From IMG/VR virus record IMGVR_UViG_3300011335_000240, positions 1 to 29,516 of that record: DNA of 29,516 nt; one strand, 5' to 3'. The stretch is from a virus. Its lineage: Duplodnaviria; Caudoviricetes. Shown here in pieces: positions 7,871 through 18,000 of this stretch; position 1 is the first letter of the stretch, and every line of letters starts with the position of its first letter. The position numbers and the translations under genes are program-made. Under the pieces are notes generated by a model. The model searched no databases and was not told the DNA's origin. It worked only from the letters and a program-made list of their open reading frames with translations.

Positions 7871-10800
7871 ATGCCAGCATTTGCGTTTATAGGGGCAGCG
7901 GTAGCGGCATCAGCTACTGGAATTGCAATAGCGGCTACACTGGGTATTAGTGCTGCCGTATTAGGTGGTATTGTAGCATTTGGTGCCGCTTACATTACCA
8001 GCAGGGTTATTAATGGCAACGCTAATAAAGGTGCTAACTCAGCACGAAGCGAAGGTGGTAGGATACAGGTAGCACCCGCTACTAATAATAAGATACCTGT
8101 AATATATGGTAATGCTTATGTAAATGGTATGATCACCGATGCTAAATTAGATACCTTAGATCAAAAAGATAATAATGTAATGTTTTATTGTATTGTCTTG
8201 GGCGAAACAACTAATAACATCAATACAACATATGGATTAGAAAGTGTATATTGGAATGACCTAAGACTAACAGCATTATCAAGCACATCAACAGAAAGTC
8301 ATATTGTTAAAGATGGTAGAAAAGTAGTAGAAGGTGCTATCGTTACAGCAGGTAGCTTTGTAGTAGGTAAGACTTATGTAATCACTAAACTAGGAACAAC
8401 AACACAGGCACAATGGAATACTATCGCAGGCACAGTAGGTCGAGTATATGGAGTAGGCAGCGTATTTGAAGCGGCAGTAGTAGGTACTAGTAGCGGTAAT
8501 GGACAAGCACAAGAAGAAGATTTTATTGATACTAACTTTATTGTAGATACTAATCAATATGTATCAATGCGTGTATATGCCGGCGGTAGCACAGCAGCAG
8601 ATCAGATATTCCCAACTAACTCTAATAATAAAGCCAACGCATATAACTTCTGGGGAAGTACTCCGGCAAATCCTAATGGAGATGGTAGTTGGACAGCAGC
8701 CAACGAGATGAAAGGTCTAGTATTCGCTATCATTAAACTAAGATATGGTGGCGATAAAGGATTTACATCATTACCTAATGTTACATTCCAAATAGCTAAT
8801 AATGTAGCTAATCCAGCAGATGTATGGTTAGATTATATGACATCTGAACGATATGGTGCAGGCATTGATCCTAGTTATATTGATGAACCAGCAAGACTAG
8901 CTTGGTATAACTTCTGCGAAGAAGATATCAGTTATACTGGTGTAAATCTAGATCCTCAAGGTGGTGCAGGTACAACAAATCAAATATCCAGTCGTTATAG
9001 TATCAACGGAGTTATTGACACAAGTAATCAAGTTAAAACAAACATAGACACTATTTTACAAAATGGTGGTGCTTGGATGAGCTATAATGTAGATACAGGA
9101 TTATGGAGCCCTATAATTAAGAAAGCCGTAAGTGCTGGCATACCCACAGAAGCATCAACACTATTCACAGCAAGTAGAACGGGAACAACACTAACAGTTA
9201 CAGCCTTCCCTAGTGGTAGAATTGAAGCAGGGCAAGAATTATATACAAGCACTGGCACATATGTTGGCACCATTTCAGCACAACTTGCACCAACAGCAGG
9301 AGAAACAGCTGGACAGATCGGTCGATATACAACATCAAGTAGTGGAGTAATATCAACAACAACTTTCTATACATTGCCCGCAAGCACATTAGAATTCAGC
9401 GATGATAATATCATCAGTGGTATTACACTAAGTTCAACTCGATTGGAAGATTTGTATAATGAAGTAGAAGTAGAGTTTTATAACAAGTATAACAAAGATC
9501 AAAAAGCATACTTTAGAAGTTATCTAGATCAAGAAGATAGAAATCCCAATGAGCCCGACAATCAACTAAGAATGAGTTTGGATTTATGTAATAACAGCGT
9601 ACAAGCAGATATTATAGGTCAAATGGAACTTCGTCAAAGTCGTGATGACCTAGTCATAGAATTTACATCAACTCATTATGGCATACAGGCACAGGGCGGA
9701 GATGTAATCGCAGTTACCAGTGAATTATATGGATGGTATCCAAAATACTTCCGTGTAATGCGTGTCAAAGAAATAGAAGGCGATGATGGTAGTTTATTAG
9801 CAAATATACAGGCTTTAGAATATAATCCTGATACTTACACCATAGAACCAATCACAGAATTCTCAACGGCAGCAAATATTGGTATCGGAGTATGGGGAAC
9901 AAGCCCTAGCTTACCTTTACCACCAGCAGTGGTTATCGCAAGTGTAGATGCTGATTCACCTATTCCTAACTTTGAATTACAAATCACAGTTCCTAACTCA
10001 GGAGGACCTTTTGATGAAATAGAATTATATTACACAGAAGGCTGGGATCAACACGCAGTTACTGGCAGTATAGTTCCTGGCACAGGCAGTAATGGTGCCG
10101 CAGTAGGTCAAGGATTATTAACAGTTACAAATACAACTTACGGTAATATTAATCCTGGTGATCGTATTGACTTGTTAGCACCTGCTCAAGATATCTTTAT
10201 AGTAAGTCAATTAACAAATACACCTGCAAGTAAAACATTTGTATCAGGTGGTGTTCCTGCCAGCACAACCAGCACATTACTAACACTAAACAATGTCACA
10301 GGATTATTAGTCGGTAATACACTAACAGGCACTGGTATTGCTAATGGCAGTTTTATCACTGAAATTGACGCAGGCACTAATACAGTTAGAATTGAAGATG
10401 CTGTAACAGTTCAGGCCGCAGGCACATATACAGTAAGTGGTGGTCTAGGCACTTATGTAGTGGATACTAGCACAACGATTACTGGTACAGCAGATTTATA
10501 TGATTTCCCAGAAGCGGACAACTATAAGATATTGAAAAAACTAGTTCCGCAGGGCAATGACCCTACCTTTACTAATAATCAAGTAATTAGAGATGTTATA
10601 ACAAATGTTCCTTCTAATAGTGCTACATATCGTCGTTGGTTCGTAATAGCCCGTATGGGTATTAAGAAACAATTCGGTGCATTTAGTCAGCCCGGAGCAA
10701 CTGATTTTACCACAGGTAGATTCCCGTATAATCCTAATCCAGGTGGTTCAGGACTACCCGGATCATTCGGTAATATCACAGTAGGTCAAGTCACAACAAA

Positions 10801-12952
10801 TACAATATCAACAACAACCGGTCCTTTATACATTGAATCAAATACTGGTGATATACAATTAAATGGAGCAACAGCATTTAGAAATACCCTTGGCACTGAT
10901 GCCAATGGATTTATGGACTATGAAAATGGTACATTAGAAATTAGCGGAACTGGTAATACATTAACAACAACAACAACTAGATCTTCTACTAACACAGTTG
11001 GATATCCGTTATTAGTTCAATCATATACAACAGGATCAGTGGCCAATGGATTTGGTGCAGGTATTGCCTTTACAACCAGTGTTAATGAAAATATCAATAC
11101 TGGCACGCAAGGCACTCTAGATGTAATAATGACGGATCAAACTTTTAATAGTAATGATTTCAAGTTCGATTTTAAGTTACAAAAGAATAGTGCTTTACCA
11201 GCATCAGTGGCCAGCATATCCAGCAATGGTGATCTAACACTAAATGGCACAGGACAATTCATAACATTCTCAACACAGCCGCAGGGCGTGAATACAATGT
11301 ATGGTATTCGTGGTATGAGTGCTTTAGATGACCCTTGGTTTGTTGGATCAGGAAGTGTAGGCAATGACCTAGGTTATCTAGAAATTGCAACAGGTGATAA
11401 TACTAATGGAAGTGCCAGTGGCGGACAGATTTATGTTCGTCAATATAATGGACAAGGAGCTGGCGGAGCACCTTGGTATGGAGGATCTGGTACAGTTCAA
11501 AACGAATTAATATTATTAGACAATGTTGGTAATACAACAATCCCAAAAAATCTAACAGTAGATAGCGGAACATTATTCGTAGATGCTACAAATAACAGAG
11601 TTGGTATTAATAATATAACACCTAGTTATGAATTACATATCACTGACACTGGTGATGATAGCGTTCAGTTCGGTATGTCTAACAGCGAACGAACATTCTT
11701 AATATCAAATAATGCTGGTGATGATTTACTAAGTTTCAACTATGGTGGATCAAATAGGCTACAATTTAACACAACCAATCAATGGTTCAACAGTGGCAAC
11801 ACTGGTATTAATACTGCTACGCCAGCATATACCTTAGATGTTAATGGCACAGCTAATGTTGAAACAACATTAACAGTTCCTAGCATAACAACATTAACTG
11901 GTGACAGTCTAAACATTACAGCGTTCTCAGGTCGCGATGTTACTATATCAACAACATTGGCCACAGATCCAGTTACCTTGGTAAGAAATACAGCAAATAC
12001 AAATATATCTACTAGATCTGCGACTCTGCGTGTTGAAAGCACAGGAACACCTGCCGTAGGATTTGGTAATACATTAGAATATGAAATAGAAACAGCACCT
12101 GGAGTTGTCACACTGGCAGGATATATTGATGTTAGTGCTACTAATGTAAGCACAGGCACAGAAGCATTTGAAATGCGTTTTGGTCTAAGAAATGGATCAA
12201 CATACACAACTCTAATGAACTTAGATGAATTAGGTAACTTACAAATTGATGGTGACCTAACTGTCAGTGGTAATGAAATCAAATATAGTACTGGAGCAAC
12301 ACAGATTACATTGGCTAGTGGTGGTGTAGTTATTGCCGGTGATTTACAGGTTAATGGCAATGATATTAAGTCAAGCACTGGAGCTACAGCAATAACACTA
12401 AGCGGTGCCACAGTATCTATGCCCAGCGATTTAACAGTAGATAGCGGAACATTATTCGTAGATGCTACAAATAACAGAGTTGGTATTAATAAATTATCAC
12501 CAACAACTGCTTTAGATGTAACTGGTAGTATTTTAGCCACCGGAGATATTCAAGGTGATAGTCTAACAGCCAATAGTAGAATTGATACAGATGGATTTAT
12601 TAAACAATATTCAGTGGGTTATGGAGTTGCTGATGTTGAAACACAGGTTATATATAATCTAGCCACAGGCAATACTTTACAAACAGCGGATAGCTGGTCA
12701 GCAACAACTTATAGAACTGGAAAATATACAGTATCAATGAGCAAAGGCACAGATTATCACTGTATTGAATTAATGATCCTACACGATGGCACAACGGCAT
12801 ATATGACACAATACAATGAAATATTTACAAATGCTAGTTTAGGAACTTTTACTGTGGATATCAATACAGGATTAGTAAGATTAAGAATAACTCCAGCAAC
12901 TGTAGGTAGTCTAGATATAACATTGGAAAGAAAATTGTTCGGAACAATTTAA
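7871..12952 (+). CDS. Central tail tip / host-specificity protein (gpJ-like) with a long fibre-like C-terminus
   Basis: 1693 aa; IPVIYG, NPADVWLDYMTSERYGAGI, YSINGVIDT and FRVMRVKE motifs typical of gpJ-like proteins. Confidence 0.85.
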   Translation: MPAFAFIGAAVAASATGIAIAATLGISAAVLGGIVAFGAAYITSRVINGNANKGANSARSEGGRIQVAPATNNKIPVIYGNAYVNGMITDAKLDTLDQKDNNVMFYCIVLGETTNNINTTYGLESVYWNDLRLTALSSTSTESHIVKDGRKVVEGAIVTAGSFVVGKTYVITKLGTTTQAQWNTIAGTVGRVYGVGSVFEAAVVGTSSGNGQAQEEDFIDTNFIVDTNQYVSMRVYAGGSTAADQIFPTNSNNKANAYNFWGSTPANPNGDGSWTAANEMKGLVFAIIKLRYGGDKGFTSLPNVTFQIANNVANPADVWLDYMTSERYGAGIDPSYIDEPARLAWYNFCEEDISYTGVNLDPQGGAGTTNQISSRYSINGVIDTSNQVKTNIDTILQNGGAWMSYNVDTGLWSPIIKKAVSAGIPTEASTLFTASRTGTTLTVTAFPSGRIEAGQELYTSTGTYVGTISAQLAPTAGETAGQIGRYTTSSSGVISTTTFYTLPASTLEFSDDNIISGITLSSTRLEDLYNEVEVEFYNKYNKDQKAYFRSYLDQEDRNPNEPDNQLRMSLDLCNNSVQADIIGQMELRQSRDDLVIEFTSTHYGIQAQGGDVIAVTSELYGWYPKYFRVMRVKEIEGDDGSLLANIQALEYNPDTYTIEPITEFSTAANIGIGVWGTSPSLPLPPAVVIASVDADSPIPNFELQITVPNSGGPFDEIELYYTEGWDQHAVTGSIVPGTGSNGAAVGQGLLTVTNTTYGNINPGDRIDLLAPAQDIFIVSQLTNTPASKTFVSGGVPASTTSTLLTLNNVTGLLVGNTLTGTGIANGSFITEIDAGTNTVRIEDAVTVQAAGTYTVSGGLGTYVVDTSTTITGTADLYDFPEADNYKILKKLVPQGNDPTFTNNQVIRDVITNVPSNSATYRRWFVIARMGIKKQFGAFSQPGATDFTTGRFPYNPNPGGSGLPGSFGNITVGQVTTNTISTTTGPLYIESNTGDIQLNGATAFRNTLGTDANGFMDYENGTLEISGTGNTLTTTTTRSSTNTVGYPLLVQSYTTGSVANGFGAGIAFTTSVNENINTGTQGTLDVIMTDQTFNSNDFKFDFKLQKNSALPASVASISSNGDLTLNGTGQFITFSTQPQGVNTMYGIRGMSALDDPWFVGSGSVGNDLGYLEIATGDNTNGSASGGQIYVRQYNGQGAGGAPWYGGSGTVQNELILLDNVGNTTIPKNLTVDSGTLFVDATNNRVGINNITPSYELHITDTGDDSVQFGMSNSERTFLISNNAGDDLLSFNYGGSNRLQFNTTNQWFNSGNTGINTATPAYTLDVNGTANVETTLTVPSITTLTGDSLNITAFSGRDVTISTTLATDPVTLVRNTANTNISTRSATLRVESTGTPAVGFGNTLEYEIETAPGVVTLAGYIDVSATNVSTGTEAFEMRFGLRNGSTYTTLMNLDELGNLQIDGDLTVSGNEIKYSTGATQITLASGGVVIAGDLQVNGNDIKSSTGATAITLSGATVSMPSDLTVDSGTLFVDATNNRVGINKLSPTTALDVTGSILATGDIQGDSLTANSRIDTDGFIKQYSVGYGVADVETQVIYNLATGNTLQTADSWSATTYRTGKYTVSMSKGTDYHCIELMILHDGTTAYMTQYNEIFTNASLGTFTVDINTGLVRLRITPATVGSLDITLERKLFGTI
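11553..12492 (+). repeat. 61-bp perfect direct repeat (11553-11613 and 12432-12492)
   Basis: TAACAGTAGATAGCGGAACATTATTCGTAGATGCTACAAATAACAGAGTTGGTATTAATAA occurs twice, encoding TVDSGTLFVDATNNRVGIN. Confidence 0.95.
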
Positions 12953-12969
12953 CATAAGGATAATGAATT

Positions 12970-14301
12970 ATGGCAGATAAGAATTTTAGAGTAAAGAATG
13001 GTGTAGAAACTCCATTAATAGCTGGCAGTGATGGAACAACAGCAATCACATTAGTAGGATCTGGTGATATAAATGTTGCCGGTGATCTAATATTAAATGG
13101 CAATGATATCAAATACAGTTCAGGATCAACACAGATTACATTAGCCAGTGGCGGTGTAGTATTTGCTGGCGATATACAAGTTAATGGCAATGATATTAAA
13201 GGTAGTGGAGGCACAACAGCAATATCATTAAGTACTGCTGATGTTTCAATTGCTGGAGATTTAACCGTCAATGGTGGTAACATTCTAGGCCCAGGTAGCG
13301 GCAGTGATTTAACTATTGAAAATGCCAGCACTATTCAAATGAAAAATGATTTTACATTATTTTCTACAGATGCTGGAGTAACTAAGGCTTATTTTAATAA
13401 TAGTGGCAGTAAATTTACTTTCAACGGCGGTGATGCAGATAATACCAATAATTATAATCTATATTCACACGGAACATTAGGTTCATTAACAGACACAACT
13501 GTAGGCGGAACATTATATCTCAAAGGCAGCACCAGCGGTAGTGTAGGATTAAAAGGTGCCGCAGTGGCAGGTTCTACAACTTATACATTACCTAGTGCAG
13601 ATGGCACAAATGGACAATTCTTAAAAACTAATGGTAGTGCTATATTATCGTGGGCAACAGCATCAGGTGGTGGTAGCACTATTCCTATTACAAATAGTGG
13701 AACTATCAGTGCTCAACCATATAGTCTAGGACCTGGTGTAATGGCTATGGCTGGAACATTCGCTACATTATCAGCAACTATGACGCAGACTATTCGTTAT
13801 CAACCTATATATGTAACAGAAGCCTGTACTTTAACCGAAGTGGCTGTGTGGCAACAAACAGGAACAACATTGGCAAGCTGTACAGCTATGATTTATATCG
13901 ATGAATGTAGTCCAAATTCAGCAACAGAATGGCAGCCTACAGGGCATCTAAGTGGAGGATATTGCGGAGAAATTACCTTTTCAACAACAGGCAGTCCAGT
14001 TCTTAAAACTATTACAGGATTAAGCATAGTATTAAATCCAGGTGCGTATCTAATAGCAATACAAATAAGCAACTATACAGGCACACTGGGATTGAGATAT
14101 CTAGCAGGACAAGTATTTACGGGTGGTGGATATGTCGTAGATCTAGCATCAGGAACGACCACAGCACAAACAAGTTTCGGTAGAACAGGTATAACTTATG
14201 TATCAGGCACACCGGCAGCAGTTGGAGATTTTACTAATATAGTTCCGAATAACCTAGCAGGTCAAGGTTATATAGTAATGACAAAGTTCGCTAAGAATTA
14301 A
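12970..14301 (+). CDS. Tail fibre / receptor-binding protein
   Basis: 443 aa; GDLxVNGNDIK repeats and the YTLPSADGTNGQFLKTNGSAILSW fibre motif, followed by a globular C-terminus. Confidence 0.75.
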   Translation: MADKNFRVKNGVETPLIAGSDGTTAITLVGSGDINVAGDLILNGNDIKYSSGSTQITLASGGVVFAGDIQVNGNDIKGSGGTTAISLSTADVSIAGDLTVNGGNILGPGSGSDLTIENASTIQMKNDFTLFSTDAGVTKAYFNNSGSKFTFNGGDADNTNNYNLYSHGTLGSLTDTTVGGTLYLKGSTSGSVGLKGAAVAGSTTYTLPSADGTNGQFLKTNGSAILSWATASGGGSTIPITNSGTISAQPYSLGPGVMAMAGTFATLSATMTQTIRYQPIYVTEACTLTEVAVWQQTGTTLASCTAMIYIDECSPNSATEWQPTGHLSGGYCGEITFSTTGSPVLKTITGLSIVLNPGAYLIAIQISNYTGTLGLRYLAGQVFTGGGYVVDLASGTTTAQTSFGRTGITYVSGTPAAVGDFTNIVPNNLAGQGYIVMTKFAKN

Positions 14302-14310
14302 GGAGATAAT

Positions 14311-14475
14311 ATGACAACAAAAACATATACACACGAAATATATGACCCGCAAGGTAATCTGCTTTCTAGTCAAGTATTCGAAATGGAAGTGCCTGATGAT
14401 AATCCAATGACGGAAGTAGTAGCAGGATTAACTGACCTACAAAAGACAGCATTATTAGCAGCTCTTCAGGCTTAA
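14311..14475 (+). CDS. Small protein, 54 aa, possible fibre chaperone (not in the ORF track)
   Basis: AGGAG RBS; MTTKTYTHEIYDPQGNLLSSQVFEMEVPDDNPMTEVVAGLTDLQKTALLAALQA. Confidence 0.75.
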   Translation: MTTKTYTHEIYDPQGNLLSSQVFEMEVPDDNPMTEVVAGLTDLQKTALLAALQA

Positions 14476-14481
14476 GTTTTG

Positions 14482-14517
14482 TATAAATAATGGTATAGAT
14501 TCCGCAGAGTCTATACC
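14482..14517 (+). promoter_or_regulatory. T4-type late promoter TATAAATA plus a 5' hairpin
   Basis: TATAAATA at 14482-14489; 11-bp stem GGTATAGATTC-cgca-GAGTCTATACC at 14492-14517 (one G-U pair). Confidence 0.7.
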
Positions 14518-14538
14518 TACTTCCTCAGGAGAATAACT

Positions 14539-15042
14539 ATGTCAGGTGTATTATCATTCGCAGATTATTTGGGTGGCCCAGATAACATTCAGGTAGAGCA
14601 AATCTTCCCTTCAACTAAGCGAACATACGCTTACAACTTCAATCAAGATATCACAGGTTGGACCTGGGGCTTAGATGCACAAACACTGGTAGTAAATCCA
14701 GTTACATATGACCGTAATGGCATACCCAACTTTAGTAGTAGCTTGGTCATTGGATATTTTCCTAAACAAGAATTAGCAGTAGATTCAACTACAATCAATG
14801 TTGTTAATGCTGCCTTAGGCACAGTGAATATTACTATTCCAGCAAACTTATACACAGGTGCAATTATTCCTGATGCAAGAAAGAATGTTCCAATCACCAT
14901 TGTAGGTGTAAGTTGGACAACTAATACCTCACCAACACAAACTAATAGTCATCGTTGGGCATTCATCCAATGCTACGAACCCGATGTCGATATTGGTAAT
15001 CCTATTTTATCCGCAGGCTTTACAGCACTAACAATAGCATAA
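14539..15042 (+). CDS. Virion structural protein (BppU-like fibre attachment candidate)
   Basis: 167 aa, beta-rich, AGGAG RBS, directly before the long fibre gene. Confidence 0.5.
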   Translation: MSGVLSFADYLGGPDNIQVEQIFPSTKRTYAYNFNQDITGWTWGLDAQTLVVNPVTYDRNGIPNFSSSLVIGYFPKQELAVDSTTINVVNAALGTVNITIPANLYTGAIIPDARKNVPITIVGVSWTTNTSPTQTNSHRWAFIQCYEPDVDIGNPILSAGFTALTIA

Positions 15043-15051
15043 GGAGATATT

Positions 15052-18000
15052 ATGAGTAATATTTCCGTAACAACAGTACAAAATACAATCGCTGTCACTG
15101 AAACTAGTGGCATTACAGTAACCACACCTGAAGGGCAAACAATTGATGTAACTGTGCCTAACAGTAGCGTAAATGTTACTAACACCACAGATAACATCAC
15201 AGTATTAACTGCTGGCACTTTAATCATTGAAGATGCCGCAGGAACTATTGTCAGCGTTAATGGACAAACAGGTCCTATCGTTGTATTAGACACAGATGAT
15301 ATTCCTGAAGGCACTAAAAAATACTTCACTCAAGCATTGGCCAGAGGTAGTCTAAGTGCTGGCACTGGCATTAGTTATGATAGTGGCACTGGTGTTATTA
15401 CTAATACTAGTATAAACACTGATACAACTTATACAATAGCCAGTGCGAGCACAACTGGCGGAGCAAACTTAAACTTAGTCGGCAGTGATAGTTCAACTGA
15501 CAGCGTAGCCTATAAAGGTAGTGGTGCAACCACAGTTACATCAACAAATGCCAATACTATTACTATCGCATCAACAGATACAAATACAACTTACACTCAA
15601 AATGCGTCAAGCACCACAGGTGGTGCTAACTTAAATCTAGTTGGCAGTGATTCAACTACAGATAGTATCAAATTGGCTGGTGGCACAAATGTCACAGTAA
15701 CAAGAACTGATGCTGATACAGTAACTTTTAGTTCAACAGATACAAACACAACTTATACTCAAAACTTTAGTTCAACCACAGGTGGCACAAACTTAAACTT
15801 GGTTGGCAGTGACGCAACTACAGATACAGTTAAGTTTGCCAATGGTACTGGTGTTACTGTTGCTTATACAGATGACAATACAGCCACTATTAGCATTGGA
15901 CAAAGTGTAGGCACTGGTGATAGTCCAAGTTTCGCAGGTATAACAGGTGGAAATATCACAGTAGGTGTAGATACAGATAACACTATTGGAACAACAAATA
16001 CCGATGGTAACATTATTCTAGATCCAAATGGCACTGGTAATGTTGTAATGACATTTGCCAATGGCGGCAATTTAACCAATGACAGAAATTATGTCTCAGG
16101 TATTATTCGCATACCAGTGGCTCAAACCGCAGGTGATATATATGGTTATAGCACAGGCGGATTAAACCCTTATCGTGGTATTAGCATAGACAACACGGCT
16201 AGTTCAACAACTACCACTGGCAAACGCACTGGTATGGTTATGCGTAACTATGCCAATGCTCCAAGAAATAGTATTATTGGTGAAAGTGCTCGTGGCACAA
16301 ATCCAAGTGCACCAACAATACTAACTAATAATAGTAATTTAATAGAACTCGTTGCTGGTGGTTATGCGGCTACCAGCGATGGCACAGGTTTTCAAGCAAC
16401 TGGTTGCACAATTACGGGCACTACATTGACCATAGGCACCGTGACTTTTGGTAGTCCTGCTGTTGGACAATTATTAACAAGTGTAACACAGGGTGCGACA
16501 GTCACTGCTGGCACTACTATTACTGCTAATATCAGTGGTAGTGGCAGTGGTTCAACTTGGACAGTTAGTGCCGCACAAACTGTTGGTAGTTCTACTATCT
16601 GGGGTGGTGGTGATGGATGGATATCATCAAATAATGGACAAGTAGGAGCAATAAGATTACAGGCTTTTGAAAACTGGACTAATCAAACTAGTGGCACAGG
16701 TATGATAGTAGCATTAAGTCCTTTGGCTAATAGTAATGCTTTGGCTTTGGCTGGTTCAAGTTTTAATGCTTTAAGTATGAGTTTAAGTTCTACTACTTTG
16801 GCCAGCGATAGTCAAACATTTAGAACTAGGCCTGCAGGTGCAGGTGGCACTAACTTTGCTATGTTAAGTTTAACTGAAAGTCTAGCAACTGTTGGTGGTG
16901 ATTTGCGTGTTAATGGCAATGACATTCAAAATAGTGCTGGTTCAACTAATATCACAATGAGCAGTGACCGTAGTATTACAACTGTGACCAGTGATCTATT
17001 CAGAGTTGAAGGTGCTAGTCCAAGCACACAATATTTTAGTGTAGGTAAGAGTTTTGACGGTGATGTTGTTATGAGTTTGAGTCAAACTCGTGCTACACAG
17101 GGTTATGAAAATGCTGTTATTAATTTTCAAACACAGCGTAGTGCAGATGGTATAAACTATACACCAACACAAAATGGTGATACTATTGGTGAGTTTAAGT
17201 TTAATGGTAATGCTTACACTAGCACAAGCCCAGGAGTTCCTGGAGGTCCAGGTGCAAGTATTCAGGCTCAGGCCACAGAGACTTGGACATCAACTGCCAA
17301 TGGCACACAGTTTGATTTCCAAGCTGTTAAAACTGGCACATTAGATAATTATTCAGTGATCAAAGGCACACCAAGCCAACTGGATCTAAACGCAGATAAT
17401 ATCACATTTAATACTTCAACTGGCACTTTGGCTTTACGCACAGTTCCAATCACTGGATACAATCCAAATGTAGATTTTACTGGTAATATTGTCAAAGGTG
17501 CTATCCGTGCAGGTGCTGGTGAAGCCACTGGTGATATTTGGCAGGCAGTAGGTCCTGTGACTCAATCAACAGGTATTAGTATTGACAACACTGACAAGCC
17601 AGCAGATAGAACAAGTTTGGTTATTAGAAATTATGGTGCTGGACTAGCAGGTGCCGTTCCCCGACTAAATGTCATAGGTGAAGCAGCCAGAGGCACAGCA
17701 GACACACCATTAAATCTAAACAACAACAATGTTTTAATTGATGTTATTGGCAATGGATATACTAACACTGGTTGGGCCACTGATTTAGGAACCGTGGTTC
17801 CTAGCCTTATTAGATTGGCTACAGCAGAAGCCTGGACAAATGGATTAAACAATGTAGGAACTAATTTTCAAGTTTTATTACAACCAACTGCCACAGCTCT
17901 AACAACCACTAGTTTGCAAGCAACTATTCAGGCTAATCCACAAAATTCAAGTTTTAGAAGTGATCTACATCAATGGAACAAAGGCAAATCTGGTCAAACC

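Noticed and set aside
11779-13331. Minus-strand ORFs in the track (e.g. 11779-12540, 12861-13331, and similar ones elsewhere)
   Set aside because: They are antisense shadows of well-supported + strand genes, with no RBS or recognisable motifs.
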